From IMG/VR virus record IMGVR_UViG_3300025869_000012: DNA of 64,000 nucleotides. One strand, written 5' to 3'. The translations under genes were made by a program, and so were the position numbers. The stretch comes from an uncultured virus (IMG/VR IMGVR_UViG_3300025869_000012). Its lineage: Duplodnaviria; Heunggongvirae; Uroviricota; Caudoviricetes. The notes under the pieces are model-generated. The model had not been told where the DNA came from. It did not search any database and saw only the letters and a list, made by a program, of their open reading frames with translations. Shown here in pieces: positions 46,854 through 58,300 of this stretch (positions are counted from its first letter, which is position 1; each line of letters begins with the position of its first letter).

Positions 46854-48038
46854 TTATTTTGATTTTGGTTTAAAACGAAATGAACTCATATCGTTGTCTT
46901 GTAAAACTTTTACTTTAAGGCCTCCTGCTTCAACTTCACCAAGACCTTGTCTAGGATCCATGTTAACATTTTTTGCTTTTGCGATACTATCTTTTATAGC
47001 ATCAGCTCTACCTTGTTCGTAAAAATGATTCGCAACAGCGTCAGCGTTCATTGCTGTAAACAAAGATTTGTGATATCCTTTTGCATCAGATATGGTATTA
47101 CTTTTGTTGTCAACAAATTTGTTAACAAAATTATTAATATCACCTTGTTGCTCTTTGACATTACTTGCATCTTTAACATTAAATCTAAATCTTTTCTCAC
47201 CTATGCTATATTCAAAACCTTTAAAGTTTTTATTAAATACATCTTTAGTTTTTTGATCAAATGTAGTTTTTTGTTTTTCTACAATCTTATCCTGCTTACT
47301 TCGTTCTTCATTGTATCTATTAAAAAAATCAACAGCCTTTTGTTGGTCAGGTGTTAACTTAACACCAGCGTTAATTTCCTCATAGTATTTAGACTTTTGC
47401 CTGTCTAATTGGGCTTTAGCGTCGGCAACTTGCTCTTTAAACGCTAATTTCTTTCGCTTGATATCTTTTGGATCATCAGCCTCATCGTCGTAAGTAAAGT
47501 TATCTTCCATTAAGAAATCTACTTCATCACTTGCTAGATGTGGTTTTGTTTGTTTATAGTATTCTCTTAATAACGCTGTGTCATCAAACTTACTATAGTC
47601 TTGATTTAATTTAACATAATCCTCAAGATCACCACCAGTTTCTTCCATAAACTTCATAAGCTTTTGGATGTTTTCTGGTAACTCTTCCCCAGCTTCTTCT
47701 GCTTTTTCAATCGCCTCTTCAACTGCTTCCTGTACTTCTTCTACCTTTTCTTCTACTTTCTCGTCAGTTATTTCTTCTAAAACTGGAGCTTCTTTCTCTT
47801 CAACAACCTCTTCTTTCTTCTCTTCTACTATCTCTTCAACAACAGGTTTTTCCTCTTGTTTCACTTCTTCTTTAGGTTGTTCTTCTTTAACCTCTTCTTC
47901 TTTAGGTTCAGCAAGATTTACCTTTATAGGTGTATCATCTTGTTGAAACTTTTTAAGACGAGGTTTTTTTACCTTAGCATCACCTTGTGGTGACTCGGCG
48001 TTTTTTTCGTCTATCTTGACGTTTTCATCTTTTGCCAT
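46854..48038 (-). CDS. Capsid scaffolding protein
   Basis: Glu/Lys-rich N-terminus, helical; between portal and capsid genes. Confidence 0.7.
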   Translation of the reverse strand: MAKDENVKIDEKNAESPQGDAKVKKPRLKKFQQDDTPIKVNLAEPKEEEVKEEQPKEEVKQEEKPVVEEIVEEKKEEVVEEKEAPVLEEITDEKVEEKVEEVQEAVEEAIEKAEEAGEELPENIQKLMKFMEETGGDLEDYVKLNQDYSKFDDTALLREYYKQTKPHLASDEVDFLMEDNFTYDDEADDPKDIKRKKLAFKEQVADAKAQLDRQKSKYYEEINAGVKLTPDQQKAVDFFNRYNEERSKQDKIVEKQKTTFDQKTKDVFNKNFKGFEYSIGEKRFRFNVKDASNVKEQQGDINNFVNKFVDNKSNTISDAKGYHKSLFTAMNADAVANHFYEQGRADAIKDSIAKAKNVNMDPRQGLGEVEAGGLKVKVLQDNDMSSFRFKPKSK

Positions 48039-48083
48039 AATATAATATTATAAAATTAAACATATGTACTCTCGTACAATTTC

Positions 48084-48440
48084 TTAAGCTTTTCCTATGT
48101 ATGCTATAATTTGTCCAGCGTTTATATCGATCTCAGTATATCTACCGTAAATTGTTACACCAGCTGGAACATCTACATTAGTTTGTGTTATTTGCACACC
48201 ACCAGATCCTAAACTTGTTGTTTCAGCGTCAGCATCTGCATCATTAGCTGCTCCTTCAGAGTTAGCCCAAACAGTTGCGTCATCTGCAACCAAGCCACCT
48301 GAGCTATCAAAATCTGTTGCTGTTAAAGCTGTTATAGCTACAAATACATGACCCGTAGGAGGTTTTATAGCATCACTAGACGCTGTTGTAAAAACAGATC
48401 CAGTTATCTTACCAGTCCAATCATTAGTTACTATTGCCAT
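48084..48440 (-). CDS. Small beta-rich structural protein
   Basis: PAGVTIYGRYT; within head module. Confidence 0.5.
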   Translation of the reverse strand: MAIVTNDWTGKITGSVFTTASSDAIKPPTGHVFVAITALTATDFDSSGGLVADDATVWANSEGAANDADADAETTSLGSGGVQITQTNVDVPAGVTIYGRYTEIDINAGQIIAYIGKA

Positions 48441-48464
48441 TATTATTTATTTATTTGTTAAACA

Positions 48465-50873
48465 TTAACTTGGTTCGAATCTTCCTAAACCAATATCTCC
48501 ACTTATTATATCATTACCTGAAGATTCAAAATTTTTATTTTTTGATGCAGCAGTTTTTCTTTGCTCCATACCTTGCATCACAACTCTTGTGTCTTTTCTA
48601 TCTTCACGACCTTCTTCCATAGCCCTTGCAGCTTGTTTGTCAGCTTGCTTTAGTTGTAAGTTATACTGAAACTCTTGCTCCATTAATTGTTTTTTAAGTT
48701 CAGCTTCAAGTTGTAATTTGTTAGCGTCAAGTTCAGCTTGCTGTGCATTGTTTTGTAGCTCCAGCGCTTGTATAGCTTGTTGTTTTTGAACTTCAGCTTG
48801 AGCGGCAACCTGTTGTGCTTGTGCGTTAGCTTGAGCTTGTTGTTGTATGTTTTGCTGTGCTATAGCTTGATCTCTTTCTATTTTCTTTTTACGTCTTAAC
48901 TTTAGTAATTGATTTGCAAGCTTTATATTTCTAACTTCTCTAATATCAATTGCATCTTCAAGTTCTATACTATTAGCTTGTAAAGCCATTTGTATATTGT
49001 TTTCTAATAATTGTTTTTCTTCTTCATCAGGTTGTAACTGTAAGAATATACCAAAGTCATACAAGTGTAATTCACTTAGCTCTGCTAATGTTGCTACGTT
49101 GTGTGCGCCAATTGCTTGTATAAATGCGTCTCTTGTTGGTGAATACTCTATAACATCTGATATTCTCAATGATAAGTTTTCTGCTAGTTCTGATGTTAAA
49201 AATAAACCGCCTTGCAATATATGCCTTGTTGCAACGTTTGAATTTGCAGCTGCTAGTTTTTGTACACCTACTAAAGCGTTTGCATCTGGTGTGCTAGCAT
49301 CTCTAGCTTCGTTTAATCCAGTTACATCTCTTATCATTTGTAAATAATAATTGTATGTAGTGATTAAACTTTGTAGCTTTTGACCACCACTACCACTTGA
49401 TATTTCTTGTATAGGAACTTTACCAGGGTTAGGATCACCTTCTTGCGTTATTGATCTACCTATGATACTACCAGTTTGGAAGAACATATTTAATGCTTCT
49501 TGTGGATTATAATTTGTACCGTTACCTAAATCAACTTCAGCTAAACCGTCGGCATCTAAGTAAACACCATCAGGTACTAATCTTGACATTACTTGCTGTA
49601 ACTTCAAGTGAGTTAACTGTATCATATCAGCAAAACCTGTTACCCTTTTTACTAATGATTCTATTCTTCCCTTGTATATTCTTGGTGCATGTATAGCATA
49701 ATTCATTTTAACCTTAGTATAATCACTCTTTGGTCTTAACATGTTTTGAGCTAAATTCCACTTTAATAATTTTTTTGTACCTAATATTAATGCTCCTTCG
49801 TATAGAACTTCTAGTGAGTTAGATAATTTTTCAAATGGAACTTCACCAACAGCTTCAAATGAATCATCTTTTTGTATAGCCTTTGAACCACCCGTACCTG
49901 TTTGTTTTAACTTATATACTTCATTGTTATATGTTTTATAATTAAAATATAATACTTGAGCGATATTATTATCAACATTATTATCATTGTATGATGAACT
50001 GTATCTATTTGCCGCGTATGCATTTTGATGTGGTTGATCTTCTATTTCCAATAAATCTTCATTTGTTAATTGTGGAAATTGTTTTTTTAACTCGTTTATA
50101 GGTATATTTTTTACTTCACCACAGTAATATATATCATCAAAATACGGAGACTCAGTGTATGAGTATACTAAATTAGCAGGATCAACATAATCAACTGTTA
50201 TACCTGATGATGTATCAAAGTTATTTTTAACGGCAGCTATACCAAGCACCGCTATATCATAATACAATCTTTTTAATGTTTGATCGTATTTATTACCATC
50301 AAACAAAACGTTTATTGCTTGCTCCTCTGCTATTTCTATTGATTGCTTATAAGTTAATTGCATGTGAAGCTCTAACTCTTCTTGTGAACCAGGTAATTCT
50401 GCTTTATCGTTTTCATATAGATTAATACCAAACTGATTTATAGCCTCATCTTGAAACTCTGCCGTTTGCATGTCTCTTATTATTGACTCCATATATTCAG
50501 TTCTTTTTTGAACACCAAATGGATCTTGAGAATATGCTTTAATATCATAAGCCCTTTCTGCTATACCATTAACAACAATATCAACAAATTTTGGAATTAC
50601 AGGGACTGGTGTCCAGTCTAGATTTAGATATGATAAATCACCGTTAATTGATAATTCATCTTTATATTTTTGAACTGATTGTTCGCCTCTTGCATATAAT
50701 CTTAACTTGTGAAAATCTTGTTGGTTTAAACTAAATCTATTAGAATTAAAGTCCTTACCAAACCATTCAGCTTCAATTGCTTGACCTACTTTTAATCCGT
50801 ACTCGTAGCTGTTCTTTTCTTGATCACTGACTACTTGACTTGGAAAATAATTTTGTGCACTTTTTGTGTTCAT
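48465..50873 (-). CDS. Portal protein
   Basis: 802 aa right after terminase; FPSQ, IPKFVDIVVNG, IRDVTGLNEARD; Gln-rich C-terminal barrel. Confidence 0.85.
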   Translation of the reverse strand: MNTKSAQNYFPSQVVSDQEKNSYEYGLKVGQAIEAEWFGKDFNSNRFSLNQQDFHKLRLYARGEQSVQKYKDELSINGDLSYLNLDWTPVPVIPKFVDIVVNGIAERAYDIKAYSQDPFGVQKRTEYMESIIRDMQTAEFQDEAINQFGINLYENDKAELPGSQEELELHMQLTYKQSIEIAEEQAINVLFDGNKYDQTLKRLYYDIAVLGIAAVKNNFDTSSGITVDYVDPANLVYSYTESPYFDDIYYCGEVKNIPINELKKQFPQLTNEDLLEIEDQPHQNAYAANRYSSSYNDNNVDNNIAQVLYFNYKTYNNEVYKLKQTGTGGSKAIQKDDSFEAVGEVPFEKLSNSLEVLYEGALILGTKKLLKWNLAQNMLRPKSDYTKVKMNYAIHAPRIYKGRIESLVKRVTGFADMIQLTHLKLQQVMSRLVPDGVYLDADGLAEVDLGNGTNYNPQEALNMFFQTGSIIGRSITQEGDPNPGKVPIQEISSGSGGQKLQSLITTYNYYLQMIRDVTGLNEARDASTPDANALVGVQKLAAANSNVATRHILQGGLFLTSELAENLSLRISDVIEYSPTRDAFIQAIGAHNVATLAELSELHLYDFGIFLQLQPDEEEKQLLENNIQMALQANSIELEDAIDIREVRNIKLANQLLKLRRKKKIERDQAIAQQNIQQQAQANAQAQQVAAQAEVQKQQAIQALELQNNAQQAELDANKLQLEAELKKQLMEQEFQYNLQLKQADKQAARAMEEGREDRKDTRVVMQGMEQRKTAASKNKNFESSGNDIISGDIGLGRFEPS

Positions 50874-50876
50874 CTT

Positions 50877-53090
50877 TTATTTTATTATTTGTGAAGTAAA
50901 ACCTTCGTTATTATACTTTGAAAAACTTAAGTCTACTTTTGCTTTTTGAATCTTTTTATTCGGCTGATAAAGGTGTCTATTACATGCCATAATAGCAAGC
51001 CCGCTGCTAATAGTAGCATCAAACTTAGTACGCTTAGTAATATCAAACCTCGACCAATCATTTAGTGTTCTGTTAAAATACATGTTACCACAACCTCCAT
51101 CTGACTTTAAACCTACATTTTGTTGTATGTAAGTTTCAATAGCTGCCGCGTGAGCTTGCTTTATATCTTCACTAGAATTTGGTATACCACCTATTTCTTT
51201 TTCTGTGGTTGATAGTTTATTCCAAACTTTATCTGGCCTATTCATTGAATAACCTCTATAACCGCGTCTTCTTAAATGATACAATAAACGTGGTTTGTTA
51301 TTCTCTGCAAGTATTGGCATGCCATAAAACACTAATGCCATTAAAACATCTTCAAAAAATATTTCAGCGGTTGCTGGTCTAGCCACGTACTCTAAAAAGA
51401 ATTGACTAGGAGGCGCGTCCTCCATACTAAACTTTGTTAATCCATGTAAAGCACCATTAGATCCTAAACCGTCTACAGTACCTGATATATCATAACTATC
51501 ACAACCAAAAGCACCCATGTGTTCATTGCCTGGATAATTAGTTCCGTTTTTGTCAATTACTTTATTTTGCAAATGTGACGGTGGTACCCAACTAACTTTA
51601 AATCTACCGCCTGGATCTGGGTAAAACTGTACGTTTGAATCTTTTACCCCGTTAACCCACTGAAAATTACCAGTAGATACACCTTGATTTGTTTCTTCGT
51701 TGTAATCTATTTGTTCGTATATTTTTACTAGATTAAATATACTATTCTTTGTTTCATCTCTAAACGCATGTTCTTCAGATCTTGGAAACTGTCTGTAAAA
51801 CTCGTTTAATGCATCTTGATCATTTTTTAAACCATCTGCTTCATTTTGCCAGTGATCTATAACGCCAGTATCAATAATGTCGTTGTGTGGGCCGTGGATC
51901 TCGTTATCTGGTGTATCAAACACAGGTAAGCCATACTCATCCATAAATCCTTCATAGTTCCACTCCATTGGTATAAAAAACGAATATAGTCCTGAAGCTG
52001 TTTGGCCATTTTTATTTCTTTTAGTTACGTCAGAGTTATAATATAATTTCTTAAAATTATCACCACCTTTATCTAGTGCATTACAAGTACTACCCATCAT
52101 ACACTTACCTATGATTCTACTACCTAATCTTAGAGTTGTTTTAGTTACTCTCCAGTTGTTTAATATATTATCTGGTCTTTCCCACTTACCTGATTCATCG
52201 TGTGCAAGAAGTTTTAGTTTCTCACCATCATATGAATTATCACCGGTGTTTTTCCAATCGATAGTCGTATCAAGACCGGTAAGTTCTTCTGGTTGATCGC
52301 TGGCAGCAACGGTAAGCTTTCTTCTTGTAAGCTTAGACGCTGGTACTCTGTACGCCAACTCTGTCTTCGGCCTGTCCATTCCATCCTGTATAGGTTTGAA
52401 AAAGAAAGGATAGTTGACTGATATTGGAACAACTTTATCCGTGAACATCTTTTTAGCGTCGGCACCAGACTTAGATAATATACCGAATCTTGCATCTGAT
52501 GATATTGTGGCAAGGTTAACGATTTCACCTGAGGCCATAAATGAAAAACCAGATCGTCTGTTTTTAAGGTAACACATGCCATATGATCTTGTATCTGATT
52601 TACAAGCTTCCCAGAATATAAAGAATAATCTATTTGCTTCTCTAAAATCAGGGTGTCCAACGTCAATCTTTGACCATTGGAGGTACATGTAATGAGTACC
52701 AGTAACATAAGTAGCAACACCCTTGTTATAAAACCAGAAACCATTTTCTCTTCTTTTAAATTCATCCTCTATGTAATCAATATATTTGTTTTTAAACTCA
52801 CCAGGATATTCTCTCCAATCAAATATTGATTTTATCTTATTGAGTTCTTTTGGGTATGGCATCACTTGCCATTTGTCATTTTCAAACTTATGTATTTTCT
52901 TTGGCGCTTTTGGTAATGCTATTTGAAAGTTTTGTATTTCTATTATATCACCAATCTGCCCTGTCTTAGATATAACAACAATGTCGTGTTCTTTATTATA
53001 CCCGTACTTCCACTTTTTACTTTTGTTTAACCTATTAACAGTTGTTAACTTTATTGGTTGAACAATTTTGTATAATGTTTGGTTGTACAT
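50877..53090 (-). CDS. terL: Terminase large subunit
   Basis: KNRRSGFS, HDESGKW, GST, FGCDSYD, ENNK, FDATISSG. Confidence 0.9.
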   Translation of the reverse strand: MYNQTLYKIVQPIKLTTVNRLNKSKKWKYGYNKEHDIVVISKTGQIGDIIEIQNFQIALPKAPKKIHKFENDKWQVMPYPKELNKIKSIFDWREYPGEFKNKYIDYIEDEFKRRENGFWFYNKGVATYVTGTHYMYLQWSKIDVGHPDFREANRLFFIFWEACKSDTRSYGMCYLKNRRSGFSFMASGEIVNLATISSDARFGILSKSGADAKKMFTDKVVPISVNYPFFFKPIQDGMDRPKTELAYRVPASKLTRRKLTVAASDQPEELTGLDTTIDWKNTGDNSYDGEKLKLLAHDESGKWERPDNILNNWRVTKTTLRLGSRIIGKCMMGSTCNALDKGGDNFKKLYYNSDVTKRNKNGQTASGLYSFFIPMEWNYEGFMDEYGLPVFDTPDNEIHGPHNDIIDTGVIDHWQNEADGLKNDQDALNEFYRQFPRSEEHAFRDETKNSIFNLVKIYEQIDYNEETNQGVSTGNFQWVNGVKDSNVQFYPDPGGRFKVSWVPPSHLQNKVIDKNGTNYPGNEHMGAFGCDSYDISGTVDGLGSNGALHGLTKFSMEDAPPSQFFLEYVARPATAEIFFEDVLMALVFYGMPILAENNKPRLLYHLRRRGYRGYSMNRPDKVWNKLSTTEKEIGGIPNSSEDIKQAHAAAIETYIQQNVGLKSDGGCGNMYFNRTLNDWSRFDITKRTKFDATISSGLAIMACNRHLYQPNKKIQKAKVDLSFSKYNNEGFTSQIIK

Positions 53091-53362
53091 TATGTAGATC
53101 TGTTTTCAGCAAAGCCGCCAAAAGCTTGTGGCTTATCTTCTTTCAATTTACCATCTAACATATTCTGCTCGTCTTGTATTTTGTTTAATATTTCAAACGC
53201 ATCAAATATAGCTAGCTTTTTAGTTGCTGCTGCATTTTTTAATCTATCAGCTGATACATCTTCTTCTGTATCTATAATTTCTTCTTTGGCTACTTTAATT
53301 AATTCATCAACCGCCTTATAACCAGCTTGGATTATATTCTTCTTCTTGTCCTTGATATTCAT
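53090..53362 (-). CDS. Possible terminase small subunit
   Basis: Helical 90-aa protein overlapping the terL start. Confidence 0.45.
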   Translation of the reverse strand: MNIKDKKKNIIQAGYKAVDELIKVAKEEIIDTEEDVSADRLKNAAATKKLAIFDAFEILNKIQDEQNMLDGKLKEDKPQAFGGFAENRST

Positions 53363-53912
53363 ATTTAATTGTAATTGAATTAGTTAACACTCTATATAAC
53401 CTCTCGCGCTCTATAACAAACTCAAACTTACTATTGGGACTAAACCCCACTAAAGTATTTTTTGTTATTCCTAGCGCGTCTAAGGAATTATTAGAATATT
53501 TTAAAACACCAATCAAAGGTTGTTCTTTTTCCTCACTAAACTTCTCATATGATTTTATTGGTTTTACAAAACAATACTCATCAGGCGCAGTCCATATACC
53601 TTTACTTTTATATAAAAATATTTGGTCTTTAGCAACACAGTATGTATGCTCGTCTATAAAGCTTCTACTGTTTTTCTCTAAGCCCTCTGCGTTATACCAA
53701 CGTCTAAATACATTATGGTGAAGAATTACTTCATCACCAATTTGTATATTAGTATCACCAACTTTAGGTAACGCTTTTACAACTCCTGTACGGTTTATCA
53801 TTAAATGATCTTCTATTGAAGCGTTCAGCACGAGTTTAGTATCACCTACTTGTTTCGTGTTGTTGTAGCGTTTACCTTTTGGTGTTATGATAAAGTCAAA
53901 TAACCCTTTCAA
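53316..53912 (-). CDS. GroES/Cpn10-like co-chaperonin (two lobes)
   Basis: FIITP...GVVKALP...IQIGDEVILHH; second lobe CFVKP...GVLKY. Confidence 0.6.
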   Translation of the reverse strand: MKGLFDFIITPKGKRYNNTKQVGDTKLVLNASIEDHLMINRTGVVKALPKVGDTNIQIGDEVILHHNVFRRWYNAEGLEKNSRSFIDEHTYCVAKDQIFLYKSKGIWTAPDEYCFVKPIKSYEKFSEEKEQPLIGVLKYSNNSLDALGITKNTLVGFSPNSKFEFVIERERLYRVLTNSITIKYEYQGQEEEYNPSWL

Positions 53913-54127
53913 TACTCTAGGTTATACTCGACTGATATTGCCATGTTTTTATTAAAGTCTTTCCATGGTAATACGTCTTCATTTTTTTTAATAAACACAC
54001 TATATTTGTCTTTACCGTCTATGATATCACAAATAGTGTGCCCGCCATAAACCTCTTGACCTACAGAATAGTGCATAGCATCGTTCTTGTAATCTTTGCC
54101 AACACTAATTTTTCTTATTAGTTTCAT
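53909..54127 (-). CDS. Conserved hypothetical protein
   Basis: IRKISVG.DYK.DAMHYSVGQ. Confidence 0.6.
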   Translation of the reverse strand: MKLIRKISVGKDYKNDAMHYSVGQEVYGGHTICDIIDGKDKYSVFIKKNEDVLPWKDFNKNMAISVEYNLEY

Positions 54128-54359
54128 CTTCCTCTATTTTTTGATATTCACCTGAGTTAACATCAATGTTCAACTTATCACCCTTACCGTACAACACATC
54201 CATCTTCTGATGAAACTCTTCTAGTTGTCTCTGTAAATTTATAATAGCTTGTGCTATTACTACCTTTTGTGTTTCTAAAGTACCAAGTCTAAGCTTAGCT
54301 TGATTAATGTTAGAAACTCTATCTTGTAATTCTTTTAGTTCGTCTTTTTTTATTTTCAT
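54105..54359 (-). CDS. Small coiled-coil protein (possible fibre chaperone)
   Basis: Heptad helix plus YG...NID..SGE. Confidence 0.5.
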   Translation of the reverse strand: MKIKKDELKELQDRVSNINQAKLRLGTLETQKVVIAQAIINLQRQLEEFHQKMDVLYGKGDKLNIDVNSGEYQKIEEDETNKKN

Positions 54360-54370
54360 TGTATTAAATT

Positions 54371-55276
54371 TTATTTTTTATTTTTTGGTTTTCTGCTATC
54401 AATAAACCAATTTTTATATTTATCTCTTTTAGCAGTTATGTATTCAAAGTACTTATCAACTTTTTCTTTCCAGTTTTTATCTATCCTAGGACATATAACT
54501 CCTGATTTAGGACTTGAAAAAACTTTGTTGATATAATTTCTTGCATCATGCTTGTTATCAAACAAATGATTACTAACACAATAAAAAGATCCATAAAATA
54601 TATTGTTCCATACATCAAATGGTTCTATGTCTTTACCTAATACACTTGCATATACAGCACTTTCACTTAAATGCGTTGTGTAAACTTTCTTAGACTTTTG
54701 TATATAGTAATACATGTCCATCTCTCTTGGCAATACGTTTTCCTGCCCAAACAAATCTTTCATTTCACCAATTATCTGATGGGTTGTTATCGGGTGTGGC
54801 TTAAATAAAACGTTACCTTTATGTGTTCTTTGTATATGCCTCATTTTATTCAAACAACATCTGTCTTTTAATTTGTTTGAACCTGGAAGTATAACTAAGT
54901 AATCTTTAGCTGGCCACTTTCGGTAGTCATCTAATCTATCTTTGTACTTGTTGGCTGTGTTATCTGTTATATTACTTACAAAATAAGAAGCATAATCTAA
55001 AACTTCATGATCTTTATCATTAAACGCGTCTGGTAATTGCGCATCTCTTATTTTAAAATTCATTGGCTGTAAATAAAAACACGTTGCCAACTCTGTGTAT
55101 GCCATTGTTTTAAAGTAAGGCATTTCCTCTGCCATTACATCATAAGCATACTCTATTCCGTTTTCGCTACACTTTCGTATAACGTAGCCTTCTACTTGCT
55201 CTAAGTAATCGAGCTTATCATTTTTTTGAAGGTGCCCTATTCTTTCTTTAAGGACCTTCCTATTAAACATTTCCAT
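54371..55276 (-). CDS. KpsS/KpsC-like CMP-ulosonate (Kdo) glycosyltransferase candidate
   Basis: VLFKPHP and IQKSKKVYTTHLSESAVYASVLGK resemble the capsule-synthesis GT-B C-lobe. Confidence 0.55.
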   Translation of the reverse strand: MEMFNRKVLKERIGHLQKNDKLDYLEQVEGYVIRKCSENGIEYAYDVMAEEMPYFKTMAYTELATCFYLQPMNFKIRDAQLPDAFNDKDHEVLDYASYFVSNITDNTANKYKDRLDDYRKWPAKDYLVILPGSNKLKDRCCLNKMRHIQRTHKGNVLFKPHPITTHQIIGEMKDLFGQENVLPREMDMYYYIQKSKKVYTTHLSESAVYASVLGKDIEPFDVWNNIFYGSFYCVSNHLFDNKHDARNYINKVFSSPKSGVICPRIDKNWKEKVDKYFEYITAKRDKYKNWFIDSRKPKNKK

Positions 55277-55305
55277 ATTATTAAATTAAATTTAAATTTC
55301 TTTAT

Positions 55306-55315
55306 ATACTATTAC
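55306..55315 (-). promoter_or_regulatory. Candidate late promoter TGTAATAGTA
   Basis: Shared motif in a short intergenic gap. Confidence 0.35.
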
Positions 55316-55335
55316 ACACTTTTAATCTTTTCTAA

Positions 55336-58300
55336 CTAGGTGCCAACGCTGTTGTAGTCTACCCTGTCAGTATTGTAATCTGCTCTTGTAGTATTGTAAA
55401 AAGATATACCAGTAGTAAATGTTGTTGTTGTGTTAAATACCGTGTTAGTACTTATAACAGTATTGGTTGCTCTTGTAGTATTGTAAGTTGTAGTAGTAGC
55501 TCTATTAGTTGATACCACAGTTGTTGTGTTAGTTGAAGTGTTGTAAGTTGTAGTTGTATTTCTGTTTGTAAGGGTTGACGTGTTAAATACAGTAACAGTT
55601 GCTGTTGTGGTGTTGAACGTGGTAGTTGTAGCTGTGGTAGTATTAAATACTGTGGCTGTGATTCTGATTGTTCCTGTAGCCGTGCTGGTAGATTTGCTTG
55701 TTTCGTATGTAGTTGTAGTGGCTCTGTTAGTTGACACAACAGTACTTGTAGCTTTCTCCGTAACAGTACTTGTATTAAATACAGTTGTTGTGTTTCTATT
55801 TGTACTTATAGTAGTTATAAATATTGTAGTTCTTGATGTGTTAAAGGTTGTGGTTGTGTCAATATTTGTTTCGTACGTCGTGCTATATACAGTTATAGTG
55901 TTAGTACTTGTGTTAAAAGTAGTTGTGGTAGCTGTGCTAGTGTTAAACGTTGTTACTGTAGCTGTTGTAGTATTAAATACCGTTATTGTATTTGTTGATG
56001 TATTAAATACGGTATTAGTTGTTCTATTAGTTGACACTACTGTATTTGTAGCTTTACTAGTATTTGTTGATGTGTTAAATACAGTGGTTGTACTAGTATT
56101 TGTATTATAAGCAGTTGTTGTACCTCTTGTAGTATTAAAAGTTGTTGTAGTATCTACATTAGTTGAGTATGTTGTTGTATATGCCGTAATAGTGTTGGTT
56201 GATGTATTAAAAGTTGTGGTAGTATCGATGTTTGTAGATACTGTCGTGCTTGTTGCTCTATTTGTACTAACTACAGTACTAGTTGCTTTTTGTGTTACAG
56301 TTGATGTATTAAATACAGTAACAGTAGCTGTACTAGTATTGAAAGTAGTAGTTGTTGCTCTATTTGTTGATACAGTTGTTGTAGTATTAAAAGTTGTTGT
56401 AGTACTAGTATTAAAAGTTGTAGTAGTAGCTGTACTAGTATTAAAAGTCGTTGTTGTAATAAATGTGGTTGTAGTTGAAGTGTTAAATACAGTAACGGTA
56501 GCCGTGCTTGTATTAAACGTAGTTGTAGTATCAACGTTTGTAGACACCGTGGTACTAGTAGTAACAGTTGTAGCAGTGCTTGTGTTAAATACAGTATTTG
56601 TAGTTTTTGTAGTTTCGTATGTAGTAGTAGTTGCTCTATTTGTACTGTATGTAGTTGTAGTACCAAATGTAGTCGTTGTGCTAGTATTAAAGGTGGTGGT
56701 TGTAGCTTGGTTAGTACTATATGTAGTTGTTGTATTAAACACAGTTGTTGTACTGGTATTGAATACTGTTACTGTGCTGGTAGAAGTATTAAAAGCAGTA
56801 GTAGTGGCTCTGTTTGTAGATATAGTTGTAGTTCTTGATGTTTGCGTTGTAGTCGAAGTATTAAAAACAGTGTTAGTTGTTTTTGTTGTTTCAAACGTGG
56901 TGGTCGTAGCTCTATTTGTACTAATAGTAGTAGTTCTACTAGTTGCTGTAGATGTTGACGTATTAAATGTAGTTGTTGTAGCTCTATTAGTAGATATAGT
57001 CGTAGTCCTTGAAGTCTGTGTTGTTGTGCTTGTATTAAATACAGTATTAGTTGCTGTTGACGTATTATATGTAGTAGTAGTTGCCCTATTTGTACTTATC
57101 GTAGTGGTTCTGCTAGTAGAGGTTGCAGTCGAGGTATTAAAAGTAGTTGTGGTGGCTCTGTTAGTAGAGTATGTTGTTGTTGTAGCTCTATTGGTAGATA
57201 TAGTAGTTGAGCGAGATGTAGATGTAGTAAACACAGTTGTCGTTGCTCTATTAGTAGAATATGTTGTGCTAGTTCCAAATGTAGTTGTCGTTGCTCTATT
57301 GGTAGATATAGTCGTGCTAGTTCCAAAGGTAGTTGTTGTAGACCTATTTGTTGAAACGGTTGTGCTGGTTGCAAATGTTGTGGTTGTGTTATAAGTTGTA
57401 GTTGTATTAAAAGTAGTGGTTGTGGCACGGTTAGTACTAAACGTTGTGGTTGTACTTGTATTAAATGTTGTTGTTGTTGCTCTATTAGTAGAATATGTTG
57501 TAGTAGTTCCAAATGTAGTTGTTGTAGATCTACTTGTTGATACAGTTGTACTAGTTGCAAACGTTGTAGTTGTATTAAAAGTCGTAGTTGTGTTAAACGT
57601 GGTAGTTGTGGCACGGTTGGTACTAATTGTTGTTGTTGTACTAGTGTTAAATGTAGTTGTAGTACTTCTACTTGTAGCGGTGCTTCTACTTGTAGCAGTA
57701 CTTTTAGTTGTGTTAAACGTTGTGGTTGTACTAGTGTTAAACACGGTATTAGTGGCTCTACTTGTAGACATAATGGTGGTTCTACTTGTGGCAGTACTTC
57801 TACTTGTAGATTTATTAGTTACCGTACTTGTGTTAAATATTGTTGTGGTATTAAACGTAGTAGTTGTGTTTCTGTTAGTAGATGTATTTCTACTTGTAGC
57901 TGTTGTTTTATTTGTTATTGTACTAGTATTAAATGTAGTGGTAGTTGCCCTATTAGTACTTATAGTTGTAGTTCTACTAGTTTGAGTTGTTGTAGACGTG
58001 TTAAACGTAGTAGTAGTTGAACTACTTGTAGCGGTGCTTCTAGTTGTTAGTTTGTTTGTTATTGTGCTGGTGTTAAATATTGTTGTGGTGTTAAAAGTTG
58101 TTAGAGTTGTGTAGGTTGTAGTTGTATTAGTACTAGTATTAAACGTTGTAGTTGTGCCAGTACTGTATCCACCACCATCTGTTCTTGCAGCGTGACAGTC
58201 TAATGATGCACCATTATCAAAAATACCAGACGCTGACGGAAGCGTATCACTACCAATAGGAAGTAACACAGGCTGATTAACATCAAACTCAAACCAACTA

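Noticed and set aside
24609..53721. Numerous short + strand ORFs within the structural arm
   Set aside because: Antisense to long, motif-bearing - strand genes
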